From the NCBI GenBank assembly GCA_003278145.1, contig QCGV01000005.1:645-64644 (forward strand): 64,000 bases of DNA, given 5' to 3'. Below are positions 1-9,467 of the stretch, piece after piece. Made by a program: the position numbers and the translations under genes. Origin of the DNA: OCS116 cluster bacterium AG-390-A19. GTDB lineage: Bacteria > Pseudomonadota > Alphaproteobacteria > MED-G09. Within the stretch, counting starts at the first letter, position 1. Each line of letters opens with the position of its first letter. Below the pieces are notes generated by a model. The model did not search any database, was not told the DNA's origin, and saw only the letters and a list, made by a program, of their open reading frames with translations.

Positions 1-39
1 TATAACTGTGTTTCTTAAAGAAGAAAGTATTGCACTCAT
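1..39 (-). CDS. 5' end of an unidentified CDS leaving the window (MSAILSSLRNTVI...)
   Basis: ATG at 39..37 on the minus strand, with GGAG (49..46) 6 nt upstream. The frame stays open to position 1. It is too short to assign a family. Confidence 0.35.
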   Translation of the reverse strand, partial: MSAILSSLRNTVI

Positions 40-95
40 CTTAAACTCCATTAAATACGAATCTATAGTAATCCCTATTAAGGAATTTAGAAAGA

Positions 96-1004
96 CTACT
101 TATCGTTATTTTTTGACCAATCTCTTTTAACGCCAAGAATATGAAGAAGTTGTGAAGCAATAAATGTTGATGAATATGTTCCTATAAATACACCAATAAT
201 CATTGCCAAAGTAAAACCTTTAATTACCTGGCCACCAAAAATATAGAGAGAAAATAAAGCCAAAAGAGTTGTAAAAGATGTTAATACTGTTCTAGACAAT
301 GTTTGATTAATTGAAATATTAATAAGATCATATAAATCCTGTTTCTTGTATTTTCTCAAATTTTCCCTAATTCTGTCATAAACGACAACGGTATCGTTCA
401 TTGAATAACCAATAATTGTTAAAAGAGCAGCGATTATCGACAAGTTAAATTCAATTTGGAAAAAGGAAAAAATACCTATTGTTATAATAACATCATGTAT
501 TAAAGCTAAAACAGCTCCTAGAGAAAATTGCCATTCAAACCTAATCCAAATGTAAAAAAGCATTAGTCCTACAGCTGATATAATAGCTAAAATTCCTTTT
601 TGAATTAATTCAGAACTAATTTTTGGTCCAACTACCTCGGTTCTTTGAATTTTTCCAAATAAAATTAATTGATTAGTTATATTTGACAAAGCATTGGAAT
701 TATTTTCGGATGAAGATGCTTCAATTCTTACTAAAATATTTTTTTCAGAACCAAAGTTTTGTATTTGTACATCTCCTAAGTTTAAAGAAGATAATACTGA
801 TCGTACATTACTTATATTAATATTATTTTCTGAGCTAACCTCAATAAGAGTTCCACCTTTGAAATCAATACCAAAATTTAAACCATTAAGAAAAAGAGAA
901 AAAATTGAAAAGAAACAAATAGTAATAGACATAATTAAAGTAGCTTTCTTGAATTTAAGAAACTGAATATTTGTATTATGCTTTATAAGTTTAATAGTTT
1001 TCAT
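96..1004 (-). CDS. secF: protein translocase subunit SecF
   Basis: 302-aa ORF with an N-terminal TM segment, then 'GIDFKGGT', then a multi-TM SecD/F core. It sits directly downstream of secD in yajC-secD-secF order. Confidence 0.93.
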   Translation of the reverse strand: MKTIKLIKHNTNIQFLKFKKATLIMSITICFFSIFSLFLNGLNFGIDFKGGTLIEVSSENNINISNVRSVLSSLNLGDVQIQNFGSEKNILVRIEASSSENNSNALSNITNQLILFGKIQRTEVVGPKISSELIQKGILAIISAVGLMLFYIWIRFEWQFSLGAVLALIHDVIITIGIFSFFQIEFNLSIIAALLTIIGYSMNDTVVVYDRIRENLRKYKKQDLYDLINISINQTLSRTVLTSFTTLLALFSLYIFGGQVIKGFTLAMIIGVFIGTYSSTFIASQLLHILGVKRDWSKNNDK

Positions 1005-1012
1005 TTAAATTC

Positions 1013-2593
1013 TCACAAAGAAAGTTCATCTGGTCTTTTTTTCAAAATCCACATTGCAATTAACAATCTAGTAATTACAAAAGCAGTAAAAACTGAGGTA
1101 ATAATTCCTATTGATAAGGTTACTGCAAAGCCTTTAACAGGACCCGTTCCTAGAAAAAATAATACAAGCGAAGCTATCAAAGTTGTAATGTTAGCATCTA
1201 AAATTGTTCCAAAGGACTTTGAGTAGCCAGATTCTACAGCAGATATAGGTTTTTTTTCATTATTAATTTCATCTCTTATTCTTTCAAATATAATAACATT
1301 TGCATCTACCGCCATACCGATTGTTAAAACAATTCCAGCTATACCCGGAAGGGTCAATGTGGCTTGTAATAAAGACAGAATACCAACAATAAAAATGATG
1401 TTTAAAATTAAAGCAAAATTAGCATAAAAACCAAATCTTCCGTAACTCAGAATAATAAAAATCAAAACACAAATTAAGCCTATAATTGCAGCTGAGGTAC
1501 CTGAATCAATTGAGTCCTTTCCAAGACCAGGACCAATTGTTTTTTCTTCTAATATTTCCAAAGGTGCTGGAAGAGCACCTGCCCTCAATAATATTGAAAG
1601 ATTATTGGCCTCCTCGACTGTAAAACCTCCCTCAATTTGTCCAGAACCACCTAATATAGGGGTACGTATAACTGGCGCAGAAATTACTTCATTATCTAAA
1701 ATTATAGCAAAAGGTTTACCAACATTTTCAGATGTTGCTTTTGCAAAATACTTTCCTCCAAGTGAATCAAATCTAAAATTTACTATTGGTGCATTTGTTG
1801 CCTGGTCAAAACTAGCTTGAGCATCGACAAGTCTTTCCCCAGAAACCAAAACTTTTTTCATTACAAGATATTCGAAACCATTGGCATCACTCAAAATTTC
1901 TGATCTACCTGGAATTCTTGTCTGTCTTGCTTCATTAGCACTTATTGATGTATCAACCATTCGAAAATTTAATTTAGCAGTTTGACCAAGAAGATCCTTT
2001 AATCTTTGTGGATCATCCATGCCAGGAACTTCCAACAAAATTCTATTATTCCCTTGTCTTTGAATAGAGGGTTCAGTAACTCCTAGTCCATCGATTCTTC
2101 TTCTTATAATTTCTATAGATTGAGATACTGCGGAACGATATTTTTCTTTTAATGAATTTTCATTTAATTCTAATATGAAAAGATTATTATTATTATTTAT
2201 AGAAAATTCTTTATTGATATTACTAGAAAATAAATTTGAGGATGAAACATTAGACTCTTGAATTAATTTTCTAGCCTCTGATATCTGATCCTCGTCTCTT
2301 ATAGATACCTGAATTCCATTTTGATTAGTTTTTAGACCAGAATATTTAATTTTATTCTTTCTAAAGGTCGATCTAATGTCCTCTAAAAGTGATTGAGATC
2401 TATCATTCTTAATTGAGTCTGTTTCTACCTCCAAAAGAAGGTATGAACCCCCTCTTAAATCCAAACCTAAATTAATGGTTTGTTTAGGAAAAAAGGGAAT
2501 ATTAACTTTTGAGAAATTAGGAAAAGCGAGAAATAAACCTATAACGCATATTATGAGTAAAAATATTTTCTTGGAATTAGAAAAATATATCAT
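1013..2593 (-). CDS. secD: protein translocase subunit SecD
   Basis: 526-aa ORF with 'LGLDLRGGSYLLLEV', a large periplasmic domain and a C-terminal 5-TM SecD/F core ('TLPGIAGIVLTIGMAVDANVIIFERIR'). Confidence 0.94.
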   Translation of the reverse strand: MIYFSNSKKIFLLIICVIGLFLAFPNFSKVNIPFFPKQTINLGLDLRGGSYLLLEVETDSIKNDRSQSLLEDIRSTFRKNKIKYSGLKTNQNGIQVSIRDEDQISEARKLIQESNVSSSNLFSSNINKEFSINNNNNLFILELNENSLKEKYRSAVSQSIEIIRRRIDGLGVTEPSIQRQGNNRILLEVPGMDDPQRLKDLLGQTAKLNFRMVDTSISANEARQTRIPGRSEILSDANGFEYLVMKKVLVSGERLVDAQASFDQATNAPIVNFRFDSLGGKYFAKATSENVGKPFAIILDNEVISAPVIRTPILGGSGQIEGGFTVEEANNLSILLRAGALPAPLEILEEKTIGPGLGKDSIDSGTSAAIIGLICVLIFIILSYGRFGFYANFALILNIIFIVGILSLLQATLTLPGIAGIVLTIGMAVDANVIIFERIRDEINNEKKPISAVESGYSKSFGTILDANITTLIASLVLFFLGTGPVKGFAVTLSIGIITSVFTAFVITRLLIAMWILKKRPDELSL

Positions 2594-2599
2594 AGCATA

Positions 2600-2860
2600 T
2601 TAAGATTTAACATGAGCTAATGTAGTTTTAACAGCTCTAATATTTACGTTATTTCCAAAATCTATAGTGACCTCTTCGTCAGAAACTTTTGAAACCTTAC
2701 CTATTAAACCACCTTGAGTAACAACTTCATCACCCTTTTTTACAGCAGCAACCATTGCAGCATGTTCTTTAACTTTGTTTTGCTGAGGTCTAATAATGAG
2801 AAAATAAAAAACGAAAAAAATTAAGACTAACGGCATTATTTGAAATAAAACTTCTTGCAT
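2600..2860 (-). CDS. yajC: preprotein translocase accessory subunit YajC
   Basis: 86 aa with a single N-terminal TM segment and 'IRPQQNKVKEH...L.KGDEVVT.GG..G.V'. It lies upstream of secDF. An SD-like AAGGA precedes the ATG. Confidence 0.9.
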   Translation of the reverse strand: MQEVLFQIMPLVLIFFVFYFLIIRPQQNKVKEHAAMVAAVKKGDEVVTQGGLIGKVSKVSDEEVTIDFGNNVNIRAVKTTLAHVKS

Positions 2861-2936
2861 AACTTATCCTTATTGTTGAGTTATAAATTAATATTTAAAT
2901 TCTATCGAAATATCAAACTTAATTAATATTTTGATT

Positions 2937-4214
2937 TTAACTATTTTTTAAATCAATTTTTAAAGATCCATTCATATAAGGCTGTAAAACTTTTGGAATA
3001 CTTACCACCCCTGAACCCTCGTAATAATTCTCTAAAATTGCAACTAAAGTCCTTCCAACTGCTAAACCAGATCCATTTAAAGTATGAGGAAAAAATTTTT
3101 TTCCAGTTTCTTTATCCTTATATCTTGTATTCATTCTAATAGATTGAAAATCTCCGCATAAGGAACATGAAGAAATCTCCCGATAGAGCTTTTGACCAGG
3201 TAACCATACCTCAAGATCATAAGTTTTAACTGCTGAAAAACCCATATCACCTGTTGATAAAATAATTGTTCTATAGGGAAGTTCTAATTCCTTTAAAATC
3301 CCTTCTGCGCAAGAAAGTAATCTCTCTAATTCATTTATAGAATTCTCTGGTTTAACAACACTCACAAGTTCAACCTTTGGAAATTGGTGAAGTCTAATCA
3401 ATCCTCTAGTATCTTTACCAGCAGCACCAGCTTCTTTTCTAAAGCATTGCGTATACGAAACATATCTTAAGGGCAAACTTTCATCACTAAGATTTTCTTC
3501 TCTTACAAGATTTGTTAAAGGAACCTCGGCAGTAGGAATTAACCAAAAACCATCTTCTGTTTTAAATTGATCATCAGCAAATTTCGGCAACTGTCCTGTT
3601 CCAAACATTACATCATCTCTAACCAAATAAGGTACACTAATCTCTTGATATCCATTCTTTCCAACATGATGGTCAATCATAAAATTGGCTATAGCTCTTT
3701 CCAGCTGAGCTAAATCTTTTTTTAGAACAGAGAATCTTGATCCAGATAATTTTGCTGCTGTATCAAAATCCAACATACCTAATTCTTCACCAATTTCATA
3801 ATGGCTGGGTGATGATTCCCTTCTTTCACCGTGTTCGTTTATAACAATATTTGAAGTTTCATCTTTACCATCAGGTACGTCGTTCAATGGTATATTAGGT
3901 AAAGATGATAATTCATTCATAAGAGATTTAGAAAATTTTTCTTTACTTTCTTCCAAGTCCTGCATTTTTTCTTTTATTAACTGAACATCGATTGATAATT
4001 TTTCATAAATATCTTTGTCGTTATTTTTTTTCGCGACTCCAAATTGTTTAGAAAGATCGTTTCTTTGAGTCTGAAGTCCCTGAAGGTCTGTAATTGATTT
4101 ACGCAAACTTTTGTCAAGTTCAAGTATTTTATCAAGATTGACCTCTAAGCCTCTTCTTCTCCATCCTTGGATATAAAAATCGGTTTCATTTCTTATTTTG
4201 TTAATATCGTGCAT
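2937..4214 (-). CDS. serS: seryl-tRNA synthetase
   Basis: 425 aa with an N-terminal coiled-coil arm and class II motifs 'FRKEAGAAGKDTRGLIRLHQF' and 'GSGLAVGRTLVAILEN'. Confidence 0.96.
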   Translation of the reverse strand: MHDINKIRNETDFYIQGWRRRGLEVNLDKILELDKSLRKSITDLQGLQTQRNDLSKQFGVAKKNNDKDIYEKLSIDVQLIKEKMQDLEESKEKFSKSLMNELSSLPNIPLNDVPDGKDETSNIVINEHGERRESSPSHYEIGEELGMLDFDTAAKLSGSRFSVLKKDLAQLERAIANFMIDHHVGKNGYQEISVPYLVRDDVMFGTGQLPKFADDQFKTEDGFWLIPTAEVPLTNLVREENLSDESLPLRYVSYTQCFRKEAGAAGKDTRGLIRLHQFPKVELVSVVKPENSINELERLLSCAEGILKELELPYRTIILSTGDMGFSAVKTYDLEVWLPGQKLYREISSCSLCGDFQSIRMNTRYKDKETGKKFFPHTLNGSGLAVGRTLVAILENYYEGSGVVSIPKVLQPYMNGSLKIDLKNS

Positions 4215-4232
4215 TTTTAATCTTATTATAAT

Positions 4233-5009
4233 TTATTCATTATTTTTTTTCTCTATTAAGGAAACTAAAAGAATAGATAACTCATACAATAAAAGTGTTG
4301 GAATTGCTAAACCAATTTGACTTATTAAATCTGGTGGAGTCAGAAATGCAGCGACTAAAAAAGTTAAAACAATTGCATATTTTCTTCCTTTTTTTAAATT
4401 TTCTGAACCAATAATGCCCACTTTTGCTAATAATGTTAACAATACGGGAAGTTGAAAGCATATCCCAAACGCAATAATTAATGATGTAACAAGTTTTAAG
4501 TACTCACTAACTTTTGGAAGCAATTTAATAGAAATATTATCAATATTAGAATCAATCTGCATTGATACAAAAAAATTCAATGCTAGAGGCATTATGATAT
4601 AGTGAACCATCAATGTACTTATTAAGAATAAAAAAGGTGTGGCAATCAAATAAGGAATTAAGGCCATTTTTTCATTTTTGTAGAGGCCAGGTGCTAAAAA
4701 AAGATACAATTGAATTACAAAGTATGGAAGACCTATTAATGATGCACCAAAAAATGCAATTTTAAGTTTAGTCATCAAAAATTCCTGTGGTGCTGTATAA
4801 ATCATTTCACCACTTGAACCTACTATACTAAAAAAAGGCTCTACCAAAAAAGAATGAATATCTGATGAGAAATAGAATGATATTAAAAATACTATAAAAA
4901 AAACTATTATTGATTTTATTAATCTAGATCTGAGCTCAATTAAATGATCGATTAAGGGAGCCTTGGTAAGGTCATTTGAATTTTGATGTTTTTTATCTAT
5001 ATCGGACAT
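4233..5009 (-). CDS. tatC: twin-arginine translocase subunit TatC
   Basis: 258 aa, six predicted TM segments, 'PLIDHLIELRSRLIKS' N-terminus. It follows tatA-tatB. Confidence 0.93.
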   Translation of the reverse strand: MSDIDKKHQNSNDLTKAPLIDHLIELRSRLIKSIIVFFIVFLISFYFSSDIHSFLVEPFFSIVGSSGEMIYTAPQEFLMTKLKIAFFGASLIGLPYFVIQLYLFLAPGLYKNEKMALIPYLIATPFLFLISTLMVHYIIMPLALNFFVSMQIDSNIDNISIKLLPKVSEYLKLVTSLIIAFGICFQLPVLLTLLAKVGIIGSENLKKGRKYAIVLTFLVAAFLTPPDLISQIGLAIPTLLLYELSILLVSLIEKKNNE

Positions 5010-5017
5010 TAAGAGAA

Positions 5018-5260
5018 TTAATCATTATTTTTTTTATTAGTGGTTTTTTTTATAGATTTATTTGTATTTTTTGAAATTTTTTCAATTTCTAGGTCGTTTG
5101 CAATACTCTGAACTCCTGTTCTAAGTTCTGAAGCATATACTCTAATTTTTGATATAAAATCAAAAATTATCCTTAACAGACCTGGTAATTCTCTAGGTCC
5201 AACTACTATGAGTAAAACAACAGCGACAATTAATAATTCACTATAACCAAAATCAAACAT
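5018..5260 (-). CDS. tatB: twin-arginine translocase subunit TatB
   Basis: 80 aa, 'MFDFGYSELLIVAVVLLIVVGPRELP' TatA/B-family N-terminus. It is the second gene in tatA-tatB-tatC. Confidence 0.85.
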   Translation of the reverse strand: MFDFGYSELLIVAVVLLIVVGPRELPGLLRIIFDFISKIRVYASELRTGVQSIANDLEIEKISKNTNKSIKKTTNKKNND

Positions 5261-5271
5261 AATATTATTAT

Positions 5272-5454
5272 TTAGTCTTTGTTTTCATGATCATTGTTTT
5301 CTATTTCATTATCGCTAGTTTCATCCTCCAAACCCTTTCGAAAACTTTTAATGCCTGAAGCCAGATCACCCATAAAATTTGATATTCTTCCTCTTCCGAA
5401 AAAAATTAAAACAAGAACAACTACTATTAAAATTTGCATTAAACTTGGTGACAT
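5272..5454 (-). CDS. tatA: twin-arginine translocase subunit TatA
   Basis: 60 aa with a TM segment plus amphipathic helix ('LIFFGRGRISNFMGDLASGIKSFRKG') and an acidic tail. Confidence 0.88.
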   Translation of the reverse strand: MSPSLMQILIVVVLVLIFFGRGRISNFMGDLASGIKSFRKGLEDETSDNEIENNDHENKD

Positions 5455-5511
5455 CTTTTAATTCCTTATAAAATATAAATTAATAATATACGCTTAAGGC
5501 CATAATGAAAA

Positions 5512-6126
5512 TTAATTATTTTCTTCAATTTTTTCTATGTCATCATCTATTGGAAACATATCAGGGGGTAAATTACTATCTAATAATCCGGTAGACTTTA
5601 AATCGTCAAGACCTGGTAATTCCTTTATATTCTGAAGATCAAAATGAACTAGAAATTCCTCAGTTGTTCCATATGTTATGGGATTACCTGGTGTTTTCCT
5701 TCGTCCTTTAATTTTAATCCAATTTATTTCCATAAGAGTATCAATAGTTCCAGGAGATACTGTTACCCCCCTTATTTCCTCTATTTCAGCTCTTGAAACA
5801 GGCTGATGATAAGCAATTATTGATAATGTTTCTAATGCAGCCTTTGATAATTTCTTTTGAATTTTTGCCTCTTTTTGCATTATAAACGATAAATCAGAGG
5901 CTGTTTTAAACATCCATTTATTATTTATTCTTTTTAGCTCAACACCTCTACCTTTATATAAATTCAGAAGATTATTCATTATTTGCTCTATATCTGTATC
6001 AACAGGGAGCATCTCTCTTAATGTTTTTTCATCAAGAGGGTCAGAAGCAGCAAATAAAAGAGCTTCAACAGCTCTAATTTGATCAGAAAAATCTGTTAAA
6101 GGATTATTTTTGTTATCTTCTATCAT
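5512..6126 (-). CDS. scpB: segregation and condensation protein B
   Basis: 204 aa, 'VEALLFAASDPL' and winged-helix segment 'ETLSIIAYHQPVSRAEIEEIRGV'. It overlaps the scpA stop by 4 nt. Confidence 0.92.
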   Translation of the reverse strand: MIEDNKNNPLTDFSDQIRAVEALLFAASDPLDEKTLREMLPVDTDIEQIMNNLLNLYKGRGVELKRINNKWMFKTASDLSFIMQKEAKIQKKLSKAALETLSIIAYHQPVSRAEIEEIRGVTVSPGTIDTLMEINWIKIKGRRKTPGNPITYGTTEEFLVHFDLQNIKELPGLDDLKSTGLLDSNLPPDMFPIDDDIEKIEENN

Positions 6127-6959
6127 GCAAGCATCTCATTTACGTTAGATTTAGTTTCTTTTACTTTGAACTTAATTGATCCAAAATTTTTATTTTGACT
6201 TATCTCAATTACCCCCTCTTTTGAAAGTTCTAAAGATGCAGAAAAAATTGAAGCTAAAGAACTTCTTCTAAATAAAATTCCTTCCTCGGTTGTATCATTA
6301 TTTATTGGAAGAAAATCTTCAATTTTTGTCCAATCAATGGCAGTTCCAAGCATTTTCTCTAATCTATTTCTAGCATCCTCAATAGAGAATATTGAGAAAA
6401 CTCTAGGTTTCCATTCATTATTGTAATTTCTATTTCTTAATCCAGAATATGAAGATATTAGATCAAAGAGAGTATCTTTATGATTAAAATTTTTAATCAA
6501 AAATATAGGTTCAGGCATACCTCGTCTAAAAACGTGAACACCCTCTCTGTCTCTTGTCAAAAGTTTTGAACCAACCTCTCTCATTGCCTCAAGTCTTCTT
6601 AGTCTAAAAGCAAGGATAGCTGATAATTCTTGAGCAGATACATCCTCGTCATCCTCTATGGGTAAGAGTAATTTTGATTTTAAAAAAGCTAGCCAAGAAG
6701 CCATAACTATATAGTCAGCTGCTAAATCAATATCAATTCTTTTCATTTGATCGATAAAATTTAAATATTGAGAGGCTAAATCTAGTATTGAAATTTCTAA
6801 AAGATCAACTTTTTGTTCTTTTGCTAAGGTTAATAATAAATCTAAAGGCCCTTCATAACCATCTAAATTGACATGAAACAAATCTAACTGTTCATTATAA
6901 TTATTATCCAAGCCATTCTCCATAACACAATATATAGCTTTTATTTTACCAATATACAC
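6123..6959 (-). CDS. scpA: segregation and condensation protein A (kleisin)
   Basis: 278 aa, 'GPLDLLLTLAKEQKVDLLEISILDLASQYL'. An alternative start is the Met at 6923. Confidence 0.9.
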   Translation of the reverse strand: MYIGKIKAIYCVMENGLDNNYNEQLDLFHVNLDGYEGPLDLLLTLAKEQKVDLLEISILDLASQYLNFIDQMKRIDIDLAADYIVMASWLAFLKSKLLLPIEDDEDVSAQELSAILAFRLRRLEAMREVGSKLLTRDREGVHVFRRGMPEPIFLIKNFNHKDTLFDLISSYSGLRNRNYNNEWKPRVFSIFSIEDARNRLEKMLGTAIDWTKIEDFLPINNDTTEEGILFRRSSLASIFSASLELSKEGVIEISQNKNFGSIKFKVKETKSNVNEMLA

Positions 6960-7083
6960 TATATAACAGATAATTAATGGTTATATTTTATTTAATAGTA
7001 TCTGAATAAGATATGTGAAATATAGTATAATATATAATTATACTTTATAATCAATACTTTACTAACTAATCATAATGTAATTA

Positions 7084-7740
7084 TTAATCTTTTTGAGAGA
7101 GAATTTGACATCTAAAATTTAAATTTAGTAGTCTATTACAATAATTTTGAGCCATATCAATATTTTCAATATTAGTTGTAATGATTCGGTATTTAAGATC
7201 TTCACCAGGAAGAAATAATCTTTGACCTACTTTAATTTTATCAGGATTGGTAAGATTATTTAATTCAATAATCTTTTTTGATGTTGTTGAGTATTTTCTG
7301 GCAATTGTTGAAATGGTATCCCCTTTTTTAATATTAATTACTATATTGGTTGGTAGGATTTTTTCGATTTTAATTATTCTATCTTTTAAAAAATCTTGTA
7401 ATTTAAGTTTTTTTAGATGAATTTCAGCATCTTCAAGTTTTGAAAAAGTTCCGAAAAGTAAAGAAAAATAATTTACGTTTAACTTTCTCTCTTCAAAAAT
7501 ACTCTCAAGTGAGCCGCAGGGTTCATTTGAGTTATTCCAAAGGGAGTAAACACAAGGAATATTTGAAGGTCTTTTAACTTCAGGAGTATTTTTTGGAAAT
7601 TCTCTAATGGGTCCATCTGGTGGATAAATAGTAGGTATCTGGCTATTAGAATTAATATATAAAAAGGAGCCAATAATTATTATTACTGAAAAGGTTATAA
7701 AGAATATAAAAATATTCTTTTTCATTTTATCTAAGCTCAT
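7084..7740 (-). CDS. membrane-anchored peptidoglycan-binding protein with a LysM domain flanked by SPOR-like halves
   Basis: 218 aa with an N-terminal TM segment ('IFIFFITFSVIIIIGSFLY'). The LysM match is clear ('IKKGDTISTIARKYSTTSKKIIELNNLTNPDKIKVGQRLFLP'). SPOR-like segments lie either side ('YFSLLFGTFSKLEDAEIHLKKL' and 'YRIITTNIENIDMAQNYCNRLL'). The gene after argS is typically a SPOR protein in alphaproteobacteria. An alternative start at 7725 would remove the overlap with argS. Confidence 0.75.
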   Translation of the reverse strand: MSLDKMKKNIFIFFITFSVIIIIGSFLYINSNSQIPTIYPPDGPIREFPKNTPEVKRPSNIPCVYSLWNNSNEPCGSLESIFEERKLNVNYFSLLFGTFSKLEDAEIHLKKLKLQDFLKDRIIKIEKILPTNIVINIKKGDTISTIARKYSTTSKKIIELNNLTNPDKIKVGQRLFLPGEDLKYRIITTNIENIDMAQNYCNRLLNLNFRCQILSQKD

Positions 7741-9466
7741 CTAATGCATTTATGCCTAATAACCTTAATCCTTCAGATATTGTAATTCTTACAGACATAA
7801 TTAAAGCTAATCTTGCTTTGGTTTCATCCAAATTATTAACATTTAAAACTTTTAAATTATTATCTTCATTTCCTAAATTCCAATAAGAATGAAATGAAGA
7901 TGCTAGGTCTCTAAGGTAGAAAGCAACTCTATGGGGCTCTCTGTATATAGCCGATTGTTCAATTATTCTAGGAAAACTTGAGATTGTTTTTATAAGCTCA
8001 ATATCATGAGAGTTTGCCAAAAGAGAGAGATTTGTATCATTAATTAAATTTTCATCAATAATAAAAAGTTTTTCATCTCTAACCTTTCTGATGATAGAAC
8101 TTATTCTAGCATGAGCATATTGAATATAAAAAATTGGATTATCCTTAGTTTGCTCTTTAACTAAATCATAATCAAAATCTAATGGCGCATCATTTTTTCT
8201 AGTCACCATCATAAATCTAACAGCATCTGAGCCTACCTCATCAACCAAATCTCTTAAAGTAATAAAGCTTCCAGATCTCTTTGACATTTTTATAACGTTT
8301 CCACTTCTCATAAGCCTTACAAGCTGACAAACCTTTACTTCTAAATTGGATTTTGAGTTAGTTACTGCATTTACGGCAGATGTTACTCTAGAAATATATC
8401 CAGAATGATCAGCACCCCAGATATTAATCATCTTAAGGAAACCTCTATTAAACTTATCTTTATGGTAAGCTATATCAGGCATAAAGTAAGTCCAGGAACC
8501 ATCATGTTTTTTAACAACTCTATCCTCATCATCACCAAAATTTTTCGATTTAAAAAGTATATGCTTCTTTTTCGACCATTCAGATTTTAAAACACCCTTA
8601 GGAGGAGAAGTTTCACCTTCATATAAAAGATTTGATTTTTCCATTTCGTTAAAAACTTCTTCAACAAAACCATCATTAAGAAGTTTATTTTCAGATGTAA
8701 AAACATCATGATTTATCTGCAGTAAACTTAAATCTTTTTTTATAATGTTAAGCATAGAGTTAATTGAAAATTCTTTCACTATCGGAAGCCAGTGCTTTTC
8801 TTCAGTATTCAAAAAAGATTCTTTGTATTTACTTTTGAGGTCAATACCAACAGATTTTAAATAATCACCTGGGTATAAACCCTCAGGAATTTCATCAATG
8901 CTCTCACCACAGGCTTCTTTGTATCTAATAAAAACTGAATGAGCTAGTTTATCTACCTGTTCTCCTGCATCATTTACATAATACTCTTTGCAAACATTAT
9001 AGCCGACTTTTTTTAGAATATTCGATAAAGTATCTCCAAAAACAGCTCCTCTTGTATGACCAACGTGAAGAGGTCCTGTTGGATTTGCAGATACATACTC
9101 AATGTTTATTTTTTCATTTTTACCAAAATCTGTATCACCGTATTTTTCTTTCTTTTCTATAATAATAGGTAATAAATTCCACCAAATATGTTTTTTGAGG
9201 TAAATATTTATAAAACCTTTTCCAGCCACTTGAACATCTTCAAAGTCCGGGTTATCTTTTATTAAGTCAATAATATTGGAAGCAATTTCCTGGGGGGATT
9301 TTTTTAGTTTTCCTGAGAGAACCATTGAGGCATTTGTCGATAAATCTCCAAGAGAGGATTCTTTGGGTAACTCAAAAGATACATTTTCTAAATCACTTTC
9401 TTTGAGAGTAAACTCATCTAGTAAAATATTTTTAATCTTATCTCTATAATAATTTATTATATTCAT
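7727..9466 (-). CDS. argS: arginyl-tRNA synthetase
   Basis: 579 aa with a class I HIGH-type motif 'NPTGPLHVGHTRG', 'KMSKRSG', and a DALR anticodon-binding C-terminus. Confidence 0.96.
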   Translation of the reverse strand: MNIINYYRDKIKNILLDEFTLKESDLENVSFELPKESSLGDLSTNASMVLSGKLKKSPQEIASNIIDLIKDNPDFEDVQVAGKGFINIYLKKHIWWNLLPIIIEKKEKYGDTDFGKNEKINIEYVSANPTGPLHVGHTRGAVFGDTLSNILKKVGYNVCKEYYVNDAGEQVDKLAHSVFIRYKEACGESIDEIPEGLYPGDYLKSVGIDLKSKYKESFLNTEEKHWLPIVKEFSINSMLNIIKKDLSLLQINHDVFTSENKLLNDGFVEEVFNEMEKSNLLYEGETSPPKGVLKSEWSKKKHILFKSKNFGDDEDRVVKKHDGSWTYFMPDIAYHKDKFNRGFLKMINIWGADHSGYISRVTSAVNAVTNSKSNLEVKVCQLVRLMRSGNVIKMSKRSGSFITLRDLVDEVGSDAVRFMMVTRKNDAPLDFDYDLVKEQTKDNPIFYIQYAHARISSIIRKVRDEKLFIIDENLINDTNLSLLANSHDIELIKTISSFPRIIEQSAIYREPHRVAFYLRDLASSFHSYWNLGNEDNNLKVLNVNNLDETKARLALIMSVRITISEGLRLLGINALDELR

Positions 9467-9467
9467 T

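Noticed and set aside
2886-2931. 11-nt direct repeat AATTAATATTT (2886..2896 and 2921..2931) in the serS-yajC spacer.
   Set aside because: It is a pure A/T word in a spacer that is roughly 80% A+T by eye, so chance recurrence is plausible and there is no supporting structure.
7024-7044. AT-only palindromes, such as AGTATAAT-atata-ATTATACT in the SPOR-scpA spacer and TATTTAAATA in the dapA/Rieske spacer, as terminators or operators.
   Set aside because: The stems are almost entirely A:T with one G:C pair, no U-tract follows, and such palindromes are expected by chance at this composition.
7479-7673. Same-strand nested ORFs in alternative frames: 7479..7673 in the SPOR/LysM gene, 46111..46356 in ccmC and 51422..51664 in the GST gene.
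   Set aside because: They have no motifs and no independent RBS, and they are fully embedded in genes with clear family signatures.
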